The notes beneath the pieces are model-generated. The model was not told where the DNA came from, searched no databases, and saw only the letters and a program-made list of their open reading frames with translations. The position numbers and the translations under genes were made by a program. DNA of 39,456 nt from a virus. Its lineage: Duplodnaviria > Caudoviricetes. Below are positions 7,995 to 16,901 of the stretch, one piece after another (the first letter of the stretch is position 1; each line of letters opens with the position of its first letter). The stretch is taken from the IMG/VR virus record IMGVR_UViG_3300034161_000021, positions 1-39,456 of that record, one strand, 5' to 3'.

Positions 7995-10076
7995 TTACTT
8001 GCCGAGGGACTTGTTCAGGCCGCGAGAATCGAGCGGCGCCACGCCTGCATCGATCCGCACCTTGCTGACCACACCGTCAACGCTGAAGCCTTGCGTCTGC
8101 TCGATGTACGGTTGTTCGACGCCGTCCAGATAGGCGACTTCGATAGTGTCCGTGCCTTTTTTGGCGGCCAGATACCACTCGGTCGAGGAAACATCATCCA
8201 GGCGCGGCTCGGCGATCACCTCGGCAAAGTTGCGAATCGGGTTGTCGATGCCGGCATTGCTATCAGCGCCAGGGACCGAGGCCGAACGAATCAATTGATT
8301 CGTCTTGTCTTCCAGGCACACCGGGACCAGCACAAACGCCGGGCGAATGTTCATGGTGCGCGCCTTGGCATTGCCTTCGACCTGGGACTTTTGCAGCGCC
8401 ATGGCGGTCTTGGCTGCACTGAGCGCTTCGATGGACATCACCGAGCCGGCACCTTTGAACAGGTTTTTACGGTCCGCGTGATACAGCGCCTTAGTGTCAC
8501 TCAGCACCGGGCCGGTGGTCAGCACGTCGTAAACCAGATCGCCGATGGTGCCGCGTGCCGCCAGCCCCATGTTGTAAGGCACGGTGCTGAGCTGGTCGAG
8601 GTCGTCGTTAATGATGGCCTGACGGGTGATGCCGAACAGCTCGCCATAGCTGGCCAAGCGGATCGTTTCGCCACGGTCGCCGGTGGTGATGTATTTGTAT
8701 TCCGCACCTGGGCGAACTTCGCGCAGGCTACCGAAGGCGCCCATGCCTACACGCTTGACGGTTTTGAAGTCGCTCAAGCGGCCGGTCTTGGTCCACAGGT
8801 GGAACGTCTCCGGCGCCTCGTCCCAGCCTTGCAAGACGGACTTGCCGGCGATGTCCAACAGGATGTTGCCGAAGTCGCTGGAATCGTGAGTAAACGACAG
8901 GCCCACCATCTGCATAGGGGCCAGCGTGGCCACCAGAATGCCGCGATCATGCAACGAGGCGCGGGACAGCTCGCGTAAGCTCATGTGGTTATAGGCGTTG
9001 CTGGCTTCCGTAGCGGCGTGACCCACGCGACTGGACAGCGCTGCGCGCACCGAGTCACCCACCAGATTGCCGTTGGAGATATGGCCGTGGATGATTTGCG
9101 ACCCGGTCGGGGTGGTTTCACCGCCCAAGGCTGCCAGCAACTTCGCGTTCGCCGACTCGACAGTGCAGTTCACATCGTTGAGGCAGGTGTCTTTCAAGGC
9201 CGAGTGAGCCGCCGCAAAAGGCGCACTGAATGCGGCACTGATAGCCGTGCGACGGGTAGCGTCGTCGGCCAGGACCTGGGCGCGAATCTGATCAGCGGAC
9301 AGATTCACCGGCGCCGGGGTGTTCACCGGCGCGGGAGTATTGACCGGAGCCGGCGTGTTGACTGGGGCCTGGGTATTGACCGGCGCGGTGTTGCGCGGGT
9401 TGAACAGCGTCTGTGCCGACTGAGGCATGTTGGTGAACTCCTGCATACGATTCGAATTGAGTTGAGCGGCGGCCTTGAAGGGCTCAAGAACCTTGTCCGC
9501 GAAGCCGGCCGCCACCGCTTCGTTTCCATCCATCCACGTTTCAGCCTTCAGCAGAACCTGAATCTCTTCGGCCGTTTTTCCGGTTTTCCGCACATACGCC
9601 TGAACCAGCGTGCTTTCGACCTTGTCCAGCAACTCCGCGTACTCGCGCATCGCCTCAGCGTCACCGACCTGCCCGCCCCAGGGCTTGTGGATCATCATCA
9701 TGGCGTTGGCTGGCATGTTGATCTCATCGCCGGCCATCGCGATAACGCTGGCCATGGATGCGGCCAGACCGTCGATGTACACCACAACCCGGGCCGAATG
9801 GCCCACCAGCAGGTTGTACATGGTGTTGCCTTCGAACACGTCGCCACCTGGGGAGTGAATGTGCAAATTGATTTGTGACACGTCACCGATAGCCGCCAGA
9901 TCGCGAGCGAACTGCTTTGCCGAGATGCCCCAGGCACCAATCTCGTCATACAGCAGCACGTCAACGACGCCCCGCTGGGCGGCGGCGATCAATGAGTACC
10001 AGCTTTCACCGGGCTTATTCGTTGGCGTGATCGACGCCCTTGGCCGCATCAGCGGCAGATTTTTCAGGCTGTCCAT
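7995..10076 (-). CDS. ClpP-like prohead protease / major capsid protein fusion
   Basis: N-terminal S14 motifs (IHSPGGDVFEG, GLAASMASVI, MMIHKPW, ETWM); C-terminal capsid motifs (SSDFGNIL, LSDFK, ITRQAIINDDL, IEVAYLDG, KVRIDAG). Confidence 0.95.
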   Translation of the reverse strand: MDSLKNLPLMRPRASITPTNKPGESWYSLIAAAQRGVVDVLLYDEIGAWGISAKQFARDLAAIGDVSQINLHIHSPGGDVFEGNTMYNLLVGHSARVVVYIDGLAASMASVIAMAGDEINMPANAMMMIHKPWGGQVGDAEAMREYAELLDKVESTLVQAYVRKTGKTAEEIQVLLKAETWMDGNEAVAAGFADKVLEPFKAAAQLNSNRMQEFTNMPQSAQTLFNPRNTAPVNTQAPVNTPAPVNTPAPVNTPAPVNLSADQIRAQVLADDATRRTAISAAFSAPFAAAHSALKDTCLNDVNCTVESANAKLLAALGGETTPTGSQIIHGHISNGNLVGDSVRAALSSRVGHAATEASNAYNHMSLRELSRASLHDRGILVATLAPMQMVGLSFTHDSSDFGNILLDIAGKSVLQGWDEAPETFHLWTKTGRLSDFKTVKRVGMGAFGSLREVRPGAEYKYITTGDRGETIRLASYGELFGITRQAIINDDLDQLSTVPYNMGLAARGTIGDLVYDVLTTGPVLSDTKALYHADRKNLFKGAGSVMSIEALSAAKTAMALQKSQVEGNAKARTMNIRPAFVLVPVCLEDKTNQLIRSASVPGADSNAGIDNPIRNFAEVIAEPRLDDVSSTEWYLAAKKGTDTIEVAYLDGVEQPYIEQTQGFSVDGVVSKVRIDAGVAPLDSRGLNKSLGK
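9302..9393 (-). repeat. Tandem 18-nt repeats encoding (APVNTx)5 in the protease-capsid linker
   Basis: The protein reads NTAPVNTQAPVNTPAPVNTPAPVNTPAPVNL. Confidence 0.85.
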
Positions 10077-11556
10077 TGGTTTGATTTTTCCCGTAGAACA
10101 TGTGATAGGCGTCCGAGCTGTAAACCAGCCCTTTCCCCCGGTTGGTTAAAATCTCCGCTTCGCGTGAGCGCTTGAGTTCTTGCGGGTTGCGCTGACGCGC
10201 CCGAGCCACTTCGGCCTCATCGGCAAAGCCTGCTTTAACCAGGATTTCCCACGCGTTAGCCTCATGCACCGGGTTGATCCACGGCATCACCGGACCTTGA
10301 TAAATCGCGCCGTACACGGTCCGAGGATCGACACTCGGCGGCACCTTGATCACGCCGCTAATGATCGCCATGCGCAGCCAGTCGCGATAAACGCGCCGGC
10401 ACCAGTAGTCGATAAAGTCGTGCTGCAATTGGTCGTAACCCAGTTGGGCCTCGACCAGCTCCTGACGCTGTGACGAATAACTGCCGTCGTAACTGCGCGC
10501 GAGACTGGAATAGCCCACCCGCGTACCCGAGGCGACCGCCTTGAGCTGCCCGTTCCGAAACCCTTCAAGGAAGGGGTTAGGCCGGTCGCTCTTGATCATG
10601 CCGACCTCTTCACCCGGCAACAGGGTGTCGATCACCATGCCCGGCGCCATCTGGAACGTGCGCGCCGCAGCGGCTGTCGAACCCTCTTTGGGCGCCATGT
10701 AGTCATCAGGCGAACCTTTCTTGATGTACATCGCCAGCGCGGCACTGATCCGCGCGGCGACCCGCTCGCTTTCCTCGTAATCCTTGATGTCCGCCAGTCG
10801 CGTGATTACCGCGTGCAGCAGCGGCTGGCCCCGGTTCTGGCCAATACGCTTGCGATAGGCGATGTGAATCATCTGCTCGACCGGCACCCGCTTGGTGTCC
10901 AGCGACAGGCTGTAGCCCAGCGCATCGCCCGGGTGTTTCTTCAACAGGTGAAACGCCCGAACGCGGCGCCACGCATTGCGCTCGACGCCCTGGACGATGC
11001 CCTGCGCTTCGTCGTTCTTCTCCCAGGGGAGAAAGTCCGGCTCCAGCAGTTCCAGCGAATACGGCACCGGGTGCAAATGCTGATAACCCGCGACATTGCC
11101 CATTAGTTCTTGGGCCAGCGCCTCGCCATCGCGCAGCCAGGTGCGGCACACCAAACGTTCCATTTGCGGCCGGGACAACTCGCCGGAGGCTTCCGGCGCC
11201 AGTGACCACTCGGCCCACTGCGCCTTGATTTCAGCGGCAAAATCCAGATGCACCGCACCGGAGTGATCCAGCGGAATCGGCTCGACGGAAATGCCCGGCC
11301 CGCCCACCACTCGTTCCTCCAGCCGGTCAAATAGACCGGTGACGATGTCGTGGTTCTGGTCCAGCGCCCGGCACTGGTCACGCATGGACTTGGCGGCATG
11401 CTGCAACGCCCGGTTCGCACTGCGCGGCTCGCGCTTGGCTTTATGCGTGCGGGAGGGCTCGGCCGCCTCAAATGCCTGAATTACATGCCGGGCTTTTAAG
11501 CGCTCCATCACCAGATGAGGGAAGAACGGGGCCAACGCCTTATCGAGAACGTTCAT
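10015..11556 (-). CDS. B: Portal protein, lambda family
   Basis: Likely start MNVLDKAL (ATG 11556); RDGEAL, LELLEPDFL, GQNRGQP, YSSQRQELVE and PWINP motifs. Confidence 0.95.
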   Translation of the reverse strand: MNVLDKALAPFFPHLVMERLKARHVIQAFEAAEPSRTHKAKREPRSANRALQHAAKSMRDQCRALDQNHDIVTGLFDRLEERVVGGPGISVEPIPLDHSGAVHLDFAAEIKAQWAEWSLAPEASGELSRPQMERLVCRTWLRDGEALAQELMGNVAGYQHLHPVPYSLELLEPDFLPWEKNDEAQGIVQGVERNAWRRVRAFHLLKKHPGDALGYSLSLDTKRVPVEQMIHIAYRKRIGQNRGQPLLHAVITRLADIKDYEESERVAARISAALAMYIKKGSPDDYMAPKEGSTAAAARTFQMAPGMVIDTLLPGEEVGMIKSDRPNPFLEGFRNGQLKAVASGTRVGYSSLARSYDGSYSSQRQELVEAQLGYDQLQHDFIDYWCRRVYRDWLRMAIISGVIKVPPSVDPRTVYGAIYQGPVMPWINPVHEANAWEILVKAGFADEAEVARARQRNPQELKRSREAEILTNRGKGLVYSSDAYHMFYGKNQTNGQPEKSAADAAKGVDHANE

Positions 11557-11771
11557 CAGAAGACCGCCAAGGCATGCGCCGGACGGCCTACCAATGCCGC
11601 CTGCTGACTGGCCACGCGGCGCTCCCAAAACAGCCGACCTTTCTGGATGTCTGCCAGATCCGACATCACCATTTTTCGGCCCATGAACATCGTTTCTTTG
11701 CCGTCAAGAACGGCAATCTCGGCCGCCATATAGCGGTCCACCATGTCTTGAGGAGTGATTGCTACAGCCAT
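11556..11771 (-). CDS. Head completion protein (lambda gpW-like)
   Basis: About 71 aa, MVDRYMAAEIAVLDGK...DLADIQKGRLFWERRV, between terminase and portal. Confidence 0.8.
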   Translation of the reverse strand: MAVAITPQDMVDRYMAAEIAVLDGKETMFMGRKMVMSDLADIQKGRLFWERRVASQQAALVGRPAHALAVF

Positions 11772-13798
11772 GCGCCTCGTCCTGTATTGACCCACGCGCC
11801 GGCCTCGTCGGGCGACGATGCGGGTGGTGGGGGTGGTAGTTCGGCCGTTACGGGTAACGCTTCCGGCTCGTCCGGTGATTCCTCAAGCGCCGGCCGAGGT
11901 TCGGCGGCCGGCACATGCCAGACGCCGCTCGGCAACTGCGCAGCGAGTAGGTCCAGATCCAGGCCGAAACGCGCCTGACTGATCCGCAACGCGGCAAGGG
12001 CATACACAAAGCAGTCAAGCGACTCGTTGCGCCGCTTGCTGGCATCCCAGCGCAACACCCGCCGGCCTTTGTTCATGATCCATTTCTTGCTTTCCGACGT
12101 GAGCTGCTTCAACTCGTCGTCATCACAGATCTCGTCGTTGGCCGGAAAGTGAACGCAGCCGGGTACGGGCTGATCGCCGTTCGGCATCAGCTTCAGACGG
12201 CCATAAATCAACTCTTTGGCGTTGTCAGTACCGACTTCAGTCAGGTAGGTTTTCGACTTGCGGTCTTTCTTGCGGGGGAAGCTGGCTATCGGCTTACCGT
12301 AGGTGCTGGCCCCGAAAATCGGGATCACCCACTGGATGCCCAACTTGCGGCTTTCGGCCTTGACCTCATCCGAGTAGTGGCCGCCGGAGTCCCAGCACCA
12401 GCGCTCGACGCCCATCACCGTGCCATCGGCGCGGGTGAACTGACGGTGAATCTCACGCCCGACTTTGCGCAACAGCTCCGAACTGGCCGGGTCACCGGTC
12501 AGAATGAACCGATGCACTAACCAACATTCCTCTTGCGCCCCGAAGGCCCAAACACGTCCCTCATACCGGTCGTCTTGGGTGTCGATGCCGCCGAACAGCG
12601 CAACCGCGCGGCCCGGTACTTGCGGATAAACCTCTCGGCGATCCCGTATTTGTTCCCAGTCCAGGCGCTCGCTTTGGTCTTCCTCCCACACCTCGCCCAG
12701 CGTGGTGTTGACGAAGGTTTTCAGCTTGCCCCGGTCCTTACCGACCTTGACGCGCTCGGCGGCAATGTCCGCCCAGGTGGTGAACGTTGAATAGACGGTC
12801 CAAATGTGAAACGTGACAGAGCGCGGGGTTTTGATCGGCTCGCCATCCAGGCCGAACCACTCCATGCCGTCACGCGTCCAGATCCCCGAACGCTCGCAGA
12901 TGTAGCGCCCGGTTTCGGCCGCTATCACCATCTCGTGATATTCGAAGGTCCCGCCCTGGCAGTGCTCGCACAAATACCAGGCCTTTTCGACTTGGCCATA
13001 TCCGTCTTTGCGCCACTTGAGGCCGTAAGGCTCATCAGGCCCGCCCCACTTCAAATGCTGCTCAGCACCGCAGCACGGCGCCTTGATGTGAAAGCGCAGC
13101 ATGTGCGGCGACTCTTCCGCCGCCCGGCTAATCTGGCACTCGCCCGCGATGCCCGGTGTAGAGCCGCGAATCGACTTCTTGTAAGTCGCGCCCTCCAGAC
13201 GCTTATCACCCAGCGAGGTCGGCGAACCCTCCCCTTCAATGTCGTCGTCAAACTTCGACAGCTCGTCATAGAGGACTTCGTCCGGGCTTTTCTCCCGGTA
13301 GTTGCGCGCCGCCTTGCCTCCCAGGCACCACAGCATTTTCTGGTTATCGAAACGCTTGGCATCCATGGTGTTGTCGCGGTGCTTACGCCCGTACCAGGGC
13401 GCCAGATCCAGCAACAGCGGAACGTCACGAATCATCGTCTCGACGTGCCGCTTCATCAGCTCATCAGCATCGGGGTCCGTTGGGCAGTAGCTCAGAACGT
13501 TGCGTTTCTTGTGCTGGACCTTGTAGCCGATGTTGATCATCAGCATTTTGGTGTAGCCGACCCGGGCCGACTTCAGCAGGTTGACCTCGCGAATCAGGTC
13601 GTTGCCCATGGCATTGAGCGGGGCCACTTGAAACGCCGCCGTGATCCACCGCCCTTCCTGATAGGACGATTCCGACGACAGATAGAAATGCTTGTTGGCC
13701 CACTCGACCGCTGTTAGCGGCGGCTCTTTGTACAGCGCGGCCAGCCCGCGACGGACAGCGTCAGTCAGCGCCCTCGTCCAGGGTGGCAATGTACTCAT
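11762..13798 (-). CDS. A: Terminase large subunit (lambda gpA family)
   Basis: KSARVGYTK Walker A, YDELSKFD Walker B, GSTP, KTFVNTTLGE, GIDTQDDRYE nuclease and RRNESLDC motifs. Confidence 0.97.
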   Translation of the reverse strand: MSTLPPWTRALTDAVRRGLAALYKEPPLTAVEWANKHFYLSSESSYQEGRWITAAFQVAPLNAMGNDLIREVNLLKSARVGYTKMLMINIGYKVQHKKRNVLSYCPTDPDADELMKRHVETMIRDVPLLLDLAPWYGRKHRDNTMDAKRFDNQKMLWCLGGKAARNYREKSPDEVLYDELSKFDDDIEGEGSPTSLGDKRLEGATYKKSIRGSTPGIAGECQISRAAEESPHMLRFHIKAPCCGAEQHLKWGGPDEPYGLKWRKDGYGQVEKAWYLCEHCQGGTFEYHEMVIAAETGRYICERSGIWTRDGMEWFGLDGEPIKTPRSVTFHIWTVYSTFTTWADIAAERVKVGKDRGKLKTFVNTTLGEVWEEDQSERLDWEQIRDRREVYPQVPGRAVALFGGIDTQDDRYEGRVWAFGAQEECWLVHRFILTGDPASSELLRKVGREIHRQFTRADGTVMGVERWCWDSGGHYSDEVKAESRKLGIQWVIPIFGASTYGKPIASFPRKKDRKSKTYLTEVGTDNAKELIYGRLKLMPNGDQPVPGCVHFPANDEICDDDELKQLTSESKKWIMNKGRRVLRWDASKRRNESLDCFVYALAALRISQARFGLDLDLLAAQLPSGVWHVPAAEPRPALEESPDEPEALPVTAELPPPPPASSPDEAGAWVNTGRGAWL

Positions 13799-14315
13799 TC
13801 AAAATCTCCGGGATGGCTTCGGCCAAACCGGCCGCCTCGTTACGCGTAACGGCAATCTCACGCTCGACCGCTTCAAGGTGGCGGGCCTCAAAGTCGGGAT
13901 GCTTGCGTCTTAGGTTCTTCGGAACGGTGTCGAGCGTAGAGCCCAACATGGCGGCCAAACGGCCCAGGGCGAACACGGCAAAATCAGCCGGCACCAGCTC
14001 GCCGTCCTTGACCTTGTTCCGACGCTCCTGGGCGGTGGCTTGACCCTCGGTCAATCGCAACCGCGCCTGCTGCAACTTGTATTCAATGAGCGGATCGATC
14101 TCGTTTCCGTTCTCATCGACCGGTTGTTGTTTCTGCCCGGCGTGCTTGATCCGGTTTTCCAGCACCGACCGGACGTCGTAAAACGATTCGCGGCCGATCT
14201 TGGCCACCGCCGCAACGCCCCATTTATCAAAGGCTTGCGTCGATATACCGAGGCTGTCGGCCATGCGCGTCTTGTTCAGCCATTCCGGCTTACGGGTGAT
14301 CGATGGATTAGCCAT
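13761..14315 (-). CDS. nu1: Terminase small subunit (Nu1-like)
   Basis: Likely start MANPSIT (14315); winged HTH LNKTRMADSLGISTQAFDKWG followed by a coiled coil; overlaps the gpA start. Confidence 0.9.
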   Translation of the reverse strand: MANPSITRKPEWLNKTRMADSLGISTQAFDKWGVAAVAKIGRESFYDVRSVLENRIKHAGQKQQPVDENGNEIDPLIEYKLQQARLRLTEGQATAQERRNKVKDGELVPADFAVFALGRLAAMLGSTLDTVPKNLRRKHPDFEARHLEAVEREIAVTRNEAAGLAEAIPEILNEYIATLDEGAD

Positions 14316-14346
14316 AAAGAAACAACAACCAACGTCAGGAATGGGG

Positions 14347-14408
14347 TCATACATAGCGGACGAGCGGGGCCCGAATTACCCCCTAGGGGGTGGGGGCCAG
14401 AGGGACCC
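14347..14408 (-). other. Putative lambda-like cos packaging site
   Basis: Minus strand GGGTCCC (lambda cosQ is GGGTCCT)...GGGTAATTCGGG...CGCTATGTATGA (lambda has CGCTATTTATGA), with near-lambda spacing, just upstream of nu1. Confidence 0.7.
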
Positions 14409-14490
14409 GTCGGATTTCGCTAGGGGCGCCCCAAAGCAGGGCAAATCTGCACGAAAGGCACCCTTGCTCGACATTTTCGACCTCCAGGGG

Positions 14491-15231
14491 TCAGGGTTTC
14501 GCGGTGGCCGTGGCCTGAGCGAACGCCGCCGCGAACTCGGCCGGGTAGTTGGCCTTGACGATGTTCTGCGCGATCTTGAAGAACGGAAAAATTGTGCGAT
14601 AGCTGGGCGCAGAGGAACTGAAGACAAAGACCGGCCGGACTGCATCGCCCATGCCCATCGTCTTGCGCTCCCACACACCCCGCGCACCATCGACCTCACC
14701 CGAGAAGAACCGGTGGGCGTTGCCCTTGCGCTTGCTTCGAGCGCTGCCACTGGCGTTGGCTTGGTAGCCGGTCCGTGCCTCGGCCGCACCCAAGCCCGAA
14801 AGGATCTTGGTCATGGTGCCGCGTGACACGTTGCCGTACTGATTCATAAAGGGCGCGGTCGGAATGGCGTACTCACCGCTGCGCATGAGGCCGCGTGCGA
14901 TCAACGCTTTCTCAAACCGCTTATGCGGCCGCTTACCACCCCCCACCGCTTGCTGCAGGTAGGTATCAGCCGGAATGCCTGACGCCCATGAATCCTTGAA
15001 ATAGACCTGAGCCGCGCGACTCTTGGTCGCCATCTGGACAAACAGGCTATTGAGCGTGGTCGGTGTCGGCCGGTCGAGCCGCTGTTTCATCACCGTAATG
15101 GTGCCCTTCTTGACCCGCTGAGCCAGCCGGGTCGCGGTCAAGGCCAATACGAAGGGAAGGTGCTTCTGTTCCAGCTCTAGGAAGGCAGCCGATATAGGCG
15201 CTGCATCTAACGATAAGTCGAGTTTGAACAT
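14491..15231 (-). CDS. Conserved phage protein, possible neck/tail completion protein
   Basis: Likely start MFKLDL (15231); LPFVLALTAT...RLDRPTPTTLNS and NQYGNVSRG motifs familiar from genes upstream of terminase. Confidence 0.6.
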   Translation of the reverse strand: MFKLDLSLDAAPISAAFLELEQKHLPFVLALTATRLAQRVKKGTITVMKQRLDRPTPTTLNSLFVQMATKSRAAQVYFKDSWASGIPADTYLQQAVGGGKRPHKRFEKALIARGLMRSGEYAIPTAPFMNQYGNVSRGTMTKILSGLGAAEARTGYQANASGSARSKRKGNAHRFFSGEVDGARGVWERKTMGMGDAVRPVFVFSSSAPSYRTIFPFFKIAQNIVKANYPAEFAAAFAQATATAKP

Positions 15232-15241
15232 GCCGGCCCCG

Positions 15242-15391
15242 CTACCAATAGCCAACCATGCGTAAAGCACAGAAGGCACCGAACATCATCGACACCACCA
15301 CTTGCAGCACGACGCCCAGCCAGGGCGACGACGGGGCACCCGACCTCATTGGCGGTGGCGCGGGTGGTGATGGCTTAACAGGAACAGTCAA
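15242..15391 (-). CDS. 49-aa predicted membrane peptide (not in ORF track)
   Basis: TTG start overlaps the upstream TGA: MTVPVKPSPPAPPPMRSGAPSSPWLGVVLQVVVSMMFGAFCALRMVGYW; one hydrophobic helix. Confidence 0.5.
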   Translation of the reverse strand: MTVPVKPSPPAPPPMRSGAPSSPWLGVVLQVVVSMMFGAFCALRMVGYW

Positions 15392-15741
15392 ACCGGCCGG
15401 GGCACAATGGCAGCCATCATCGCCCGAGCCTCAGCAACAAAGCCGCGAGCCTCTTCAATCGAACTGACAGTGACATTGATCTCGCCAATCGAAACAGCCG
15501 GCCGACACTCAAAGGAAGCCAGCTCAGCAACACCGGACACGTACTCAAGGCCCGGCGCGGGCATGGCCTCAGGCTGAGCCGGCTGTTTCACTACCGAATC
15601 AACGCCGAAGAAATGCCCAACGAGCTGACGACCGATGTAAAGCGAGACCGACTTACCATCAGACTCGGGGCGAACCTCGTCCGCCTCTACGGTGTGCGTC
15701 AGACCACCCGACAGAGCCACCAAATAAACTGATTTGTTCAC
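15388..15741 (-). CDS. Hypothetical protein
   Basis: 117 aa, GTG start with GAGGT RBS; overlaps neighbouring genes by 4 nt on both sides. Confidence 0.7.
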   Translation of the reverse strand: MNKSVYLVALSGGLTHTVEADEVRPESDGKSVSLYIGRQLVGHFFGVDSVVKQPAQPEAMPAPGLEYVSGVAELASFECRPAVSIGEINVTVSSIEEARGFVAEARAMMAAIVPRPV

Positions 15742-15866
15742 TGAAACACCTCGTTATGCGTAACGGCCGGCGCCTGACAGGCTTCCGACTCTCGACAATC
15801 CACATGCCCCGTAAAGGCGTAAGCCAACAGGACCACCAACAACGTCACCAGCGGCCGCGACCTCAA
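15738..15866 (-). CDS. 42-aa predicted membrane/secreted peptide (not in ORF track)
   Basis: TTG overlaps the holin stop and its TGA overlaps the next GTG: MRSRPLVTLLVVLLAYAFTGHVDCRESEACQAPAVTHNEVFQ. Confidence 0.55.
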   Translation of the reverse strand: MRSRPLVTLLVVLLAYAFTGHVDCRESEACQAPAVTHNEVFQ

Positions 15867-16186
15867 CTCAGATCCGCCTTTTTCTCGGCCAAGCGCTTGC
15901 CGAACTGTCGGACGTACTCGATACCGAGCGCACCGACAAAGCCCGACGAGGCCAAAGCCCAGCCGTAGCTAACATTGAATTCTCTGACCGTCAGACCGAC
16001 CGACAGCACGATCAGCGAGCCGATAGAGGCTTCCAGTAACTTGCGGCCGGTGCTGGTCTCCTTGGCGTCGTATTGAATCCGCAGCCAAGCCAAAACGAAC
16101 GCCAAACCCATGGCTAAGCCGTTCTCTTTTAACGCCACCAGCACCACGGCCCAAAAGGCAGGATCTTTCTCAGGCATTTTTCGCAT
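15863..16186 (-). CDS. S: Holin, lambda S family, with dual-start motif
   Basis: MRKMPEKDP N-terminus (lambda S107 begins MKMPEK), three hydrophobic segments, GFVGALG motif and basic C-terminus. Confidence 0.88.
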   Translation of the reverse strand: MRKMPEKDPAFWAVVLVALKENGLAMGLAFVLAWLRIQYDAKETSTGRKLLEASIGSLIVLSVGLTVREFNVSYGWALASSGFVGALGIEYVRQFGKRLAEKKADLS

Positions 16187-16217
16187 CTCGGTTCCTCCCG
16201 GCGCTGGGAGCGGGCAT

Positions 16218-16250
16218 AAAAAAACCCCCGACCTGTGAGGGCCGGGGGCT
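16218..16250 (-). terminator. Terminator at the head of the late operon (tR'-like)
   Basis: Minus strand GCCCCCGGCC-CTCACA-GGTCGGGGGT followed by a long T run, just upstream of the holin. Confidence 0.8.
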
Positions 16251-16331
16251 AAAGGGATTCAAGCTGAGGGGTGCTGCGTTCGCAAAAACACCACGATGGA
16301 GCAAAGAGTAGGGGAAAAGCTCACGCCTGTA

Positions 16332-16364
16332 AACACGTTACCTGTAAAAAACAGTAATCCTGTT
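16332..16364. promoter_or_regulatory. Tandem operators AACAC-GTTAC-CTGTA and AACAG-TAATC-CTGTT upstream of the late operon
   Basis: Two WACAS-N5-STGTW sites starting 18 bp apart in AT-rich intergenic DNA. Confidence 0.6.
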
Positions 16365-16404
16365 TTAACTCGACCCTGTCAACCCTGCGATTTTTGACAC
16401 CCCA

Positions 16405-16863
16405 TCAGAGCCACAACGCCCGTTCAAGTTGCGGCAAAACGCAGGGCAACTCACCCGCCCAAACCCCGCCGCAGCCCCGTGGCATGGGCTTTCGGCAGTG
16501 CGCGCAGATTTTGTTTGCCACAACCTCGCGCTGCTGTTTGATCAAATCAGCGTCACGCCGGAGCAGCGTCAAAACGTATTCGGTTGCGGTATACGGTTCG
16601 GCTCCAGATGCCCGAAATATAAGGGCTTCAGCCAATTGCGCCGCCTCGACCGGCCCAATTCTGGCGCGCAACTCCACAACCCCGGCCGCCGCGTCGCGCT
16701 CTCGCTGCTCTCGCTTGCGGATCGCCTCGGCGCTCAGCTCGCTTTCGCCATCGCTGTGACGCGTCACAAGCCCCGCCTCTTCGGCCAGCTCGACACAAGC
16801 GACGATGCGCGCAGCGTCGCCCTCCATCTGCTCCATCTGCCCCATGGCGGTCTGAGCGTCCAT
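16405..16863 (-). CDS. Hypothetical protein with C-terminal Cys cluster
   Basis: 152 aa with GAGG RBS; EYVLTLLRRD followed by CAHC...GC...C. Confidence 0.7.
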   Translation of the reverse strand: MDAQTAMGQMEQMEGDAARIVACVELAEEAGLVTRHSDGESELSAEAIRKREQRERDAAAGVVELRARIGPVEAAQLAEALIFRASGAEPYTATEYVLTLLRRDADLIKQQREVVANKICAHCRKPMPRGCGGVWAGELPCVLPQLERALWL

Positions 16864-16901
16864 TTAAAATCCTCTTATATGATTAATTTTGGTTTTGGGC
16901 G

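Noticed and set aside
7920-13717. Long + strand ORFs (7920-8978, 8985-9878, 12806-13717; also 37410-38522)
   Set aside because: They are antisense shadows of well-supported high-GC structural genes, with no recognisable motifs.
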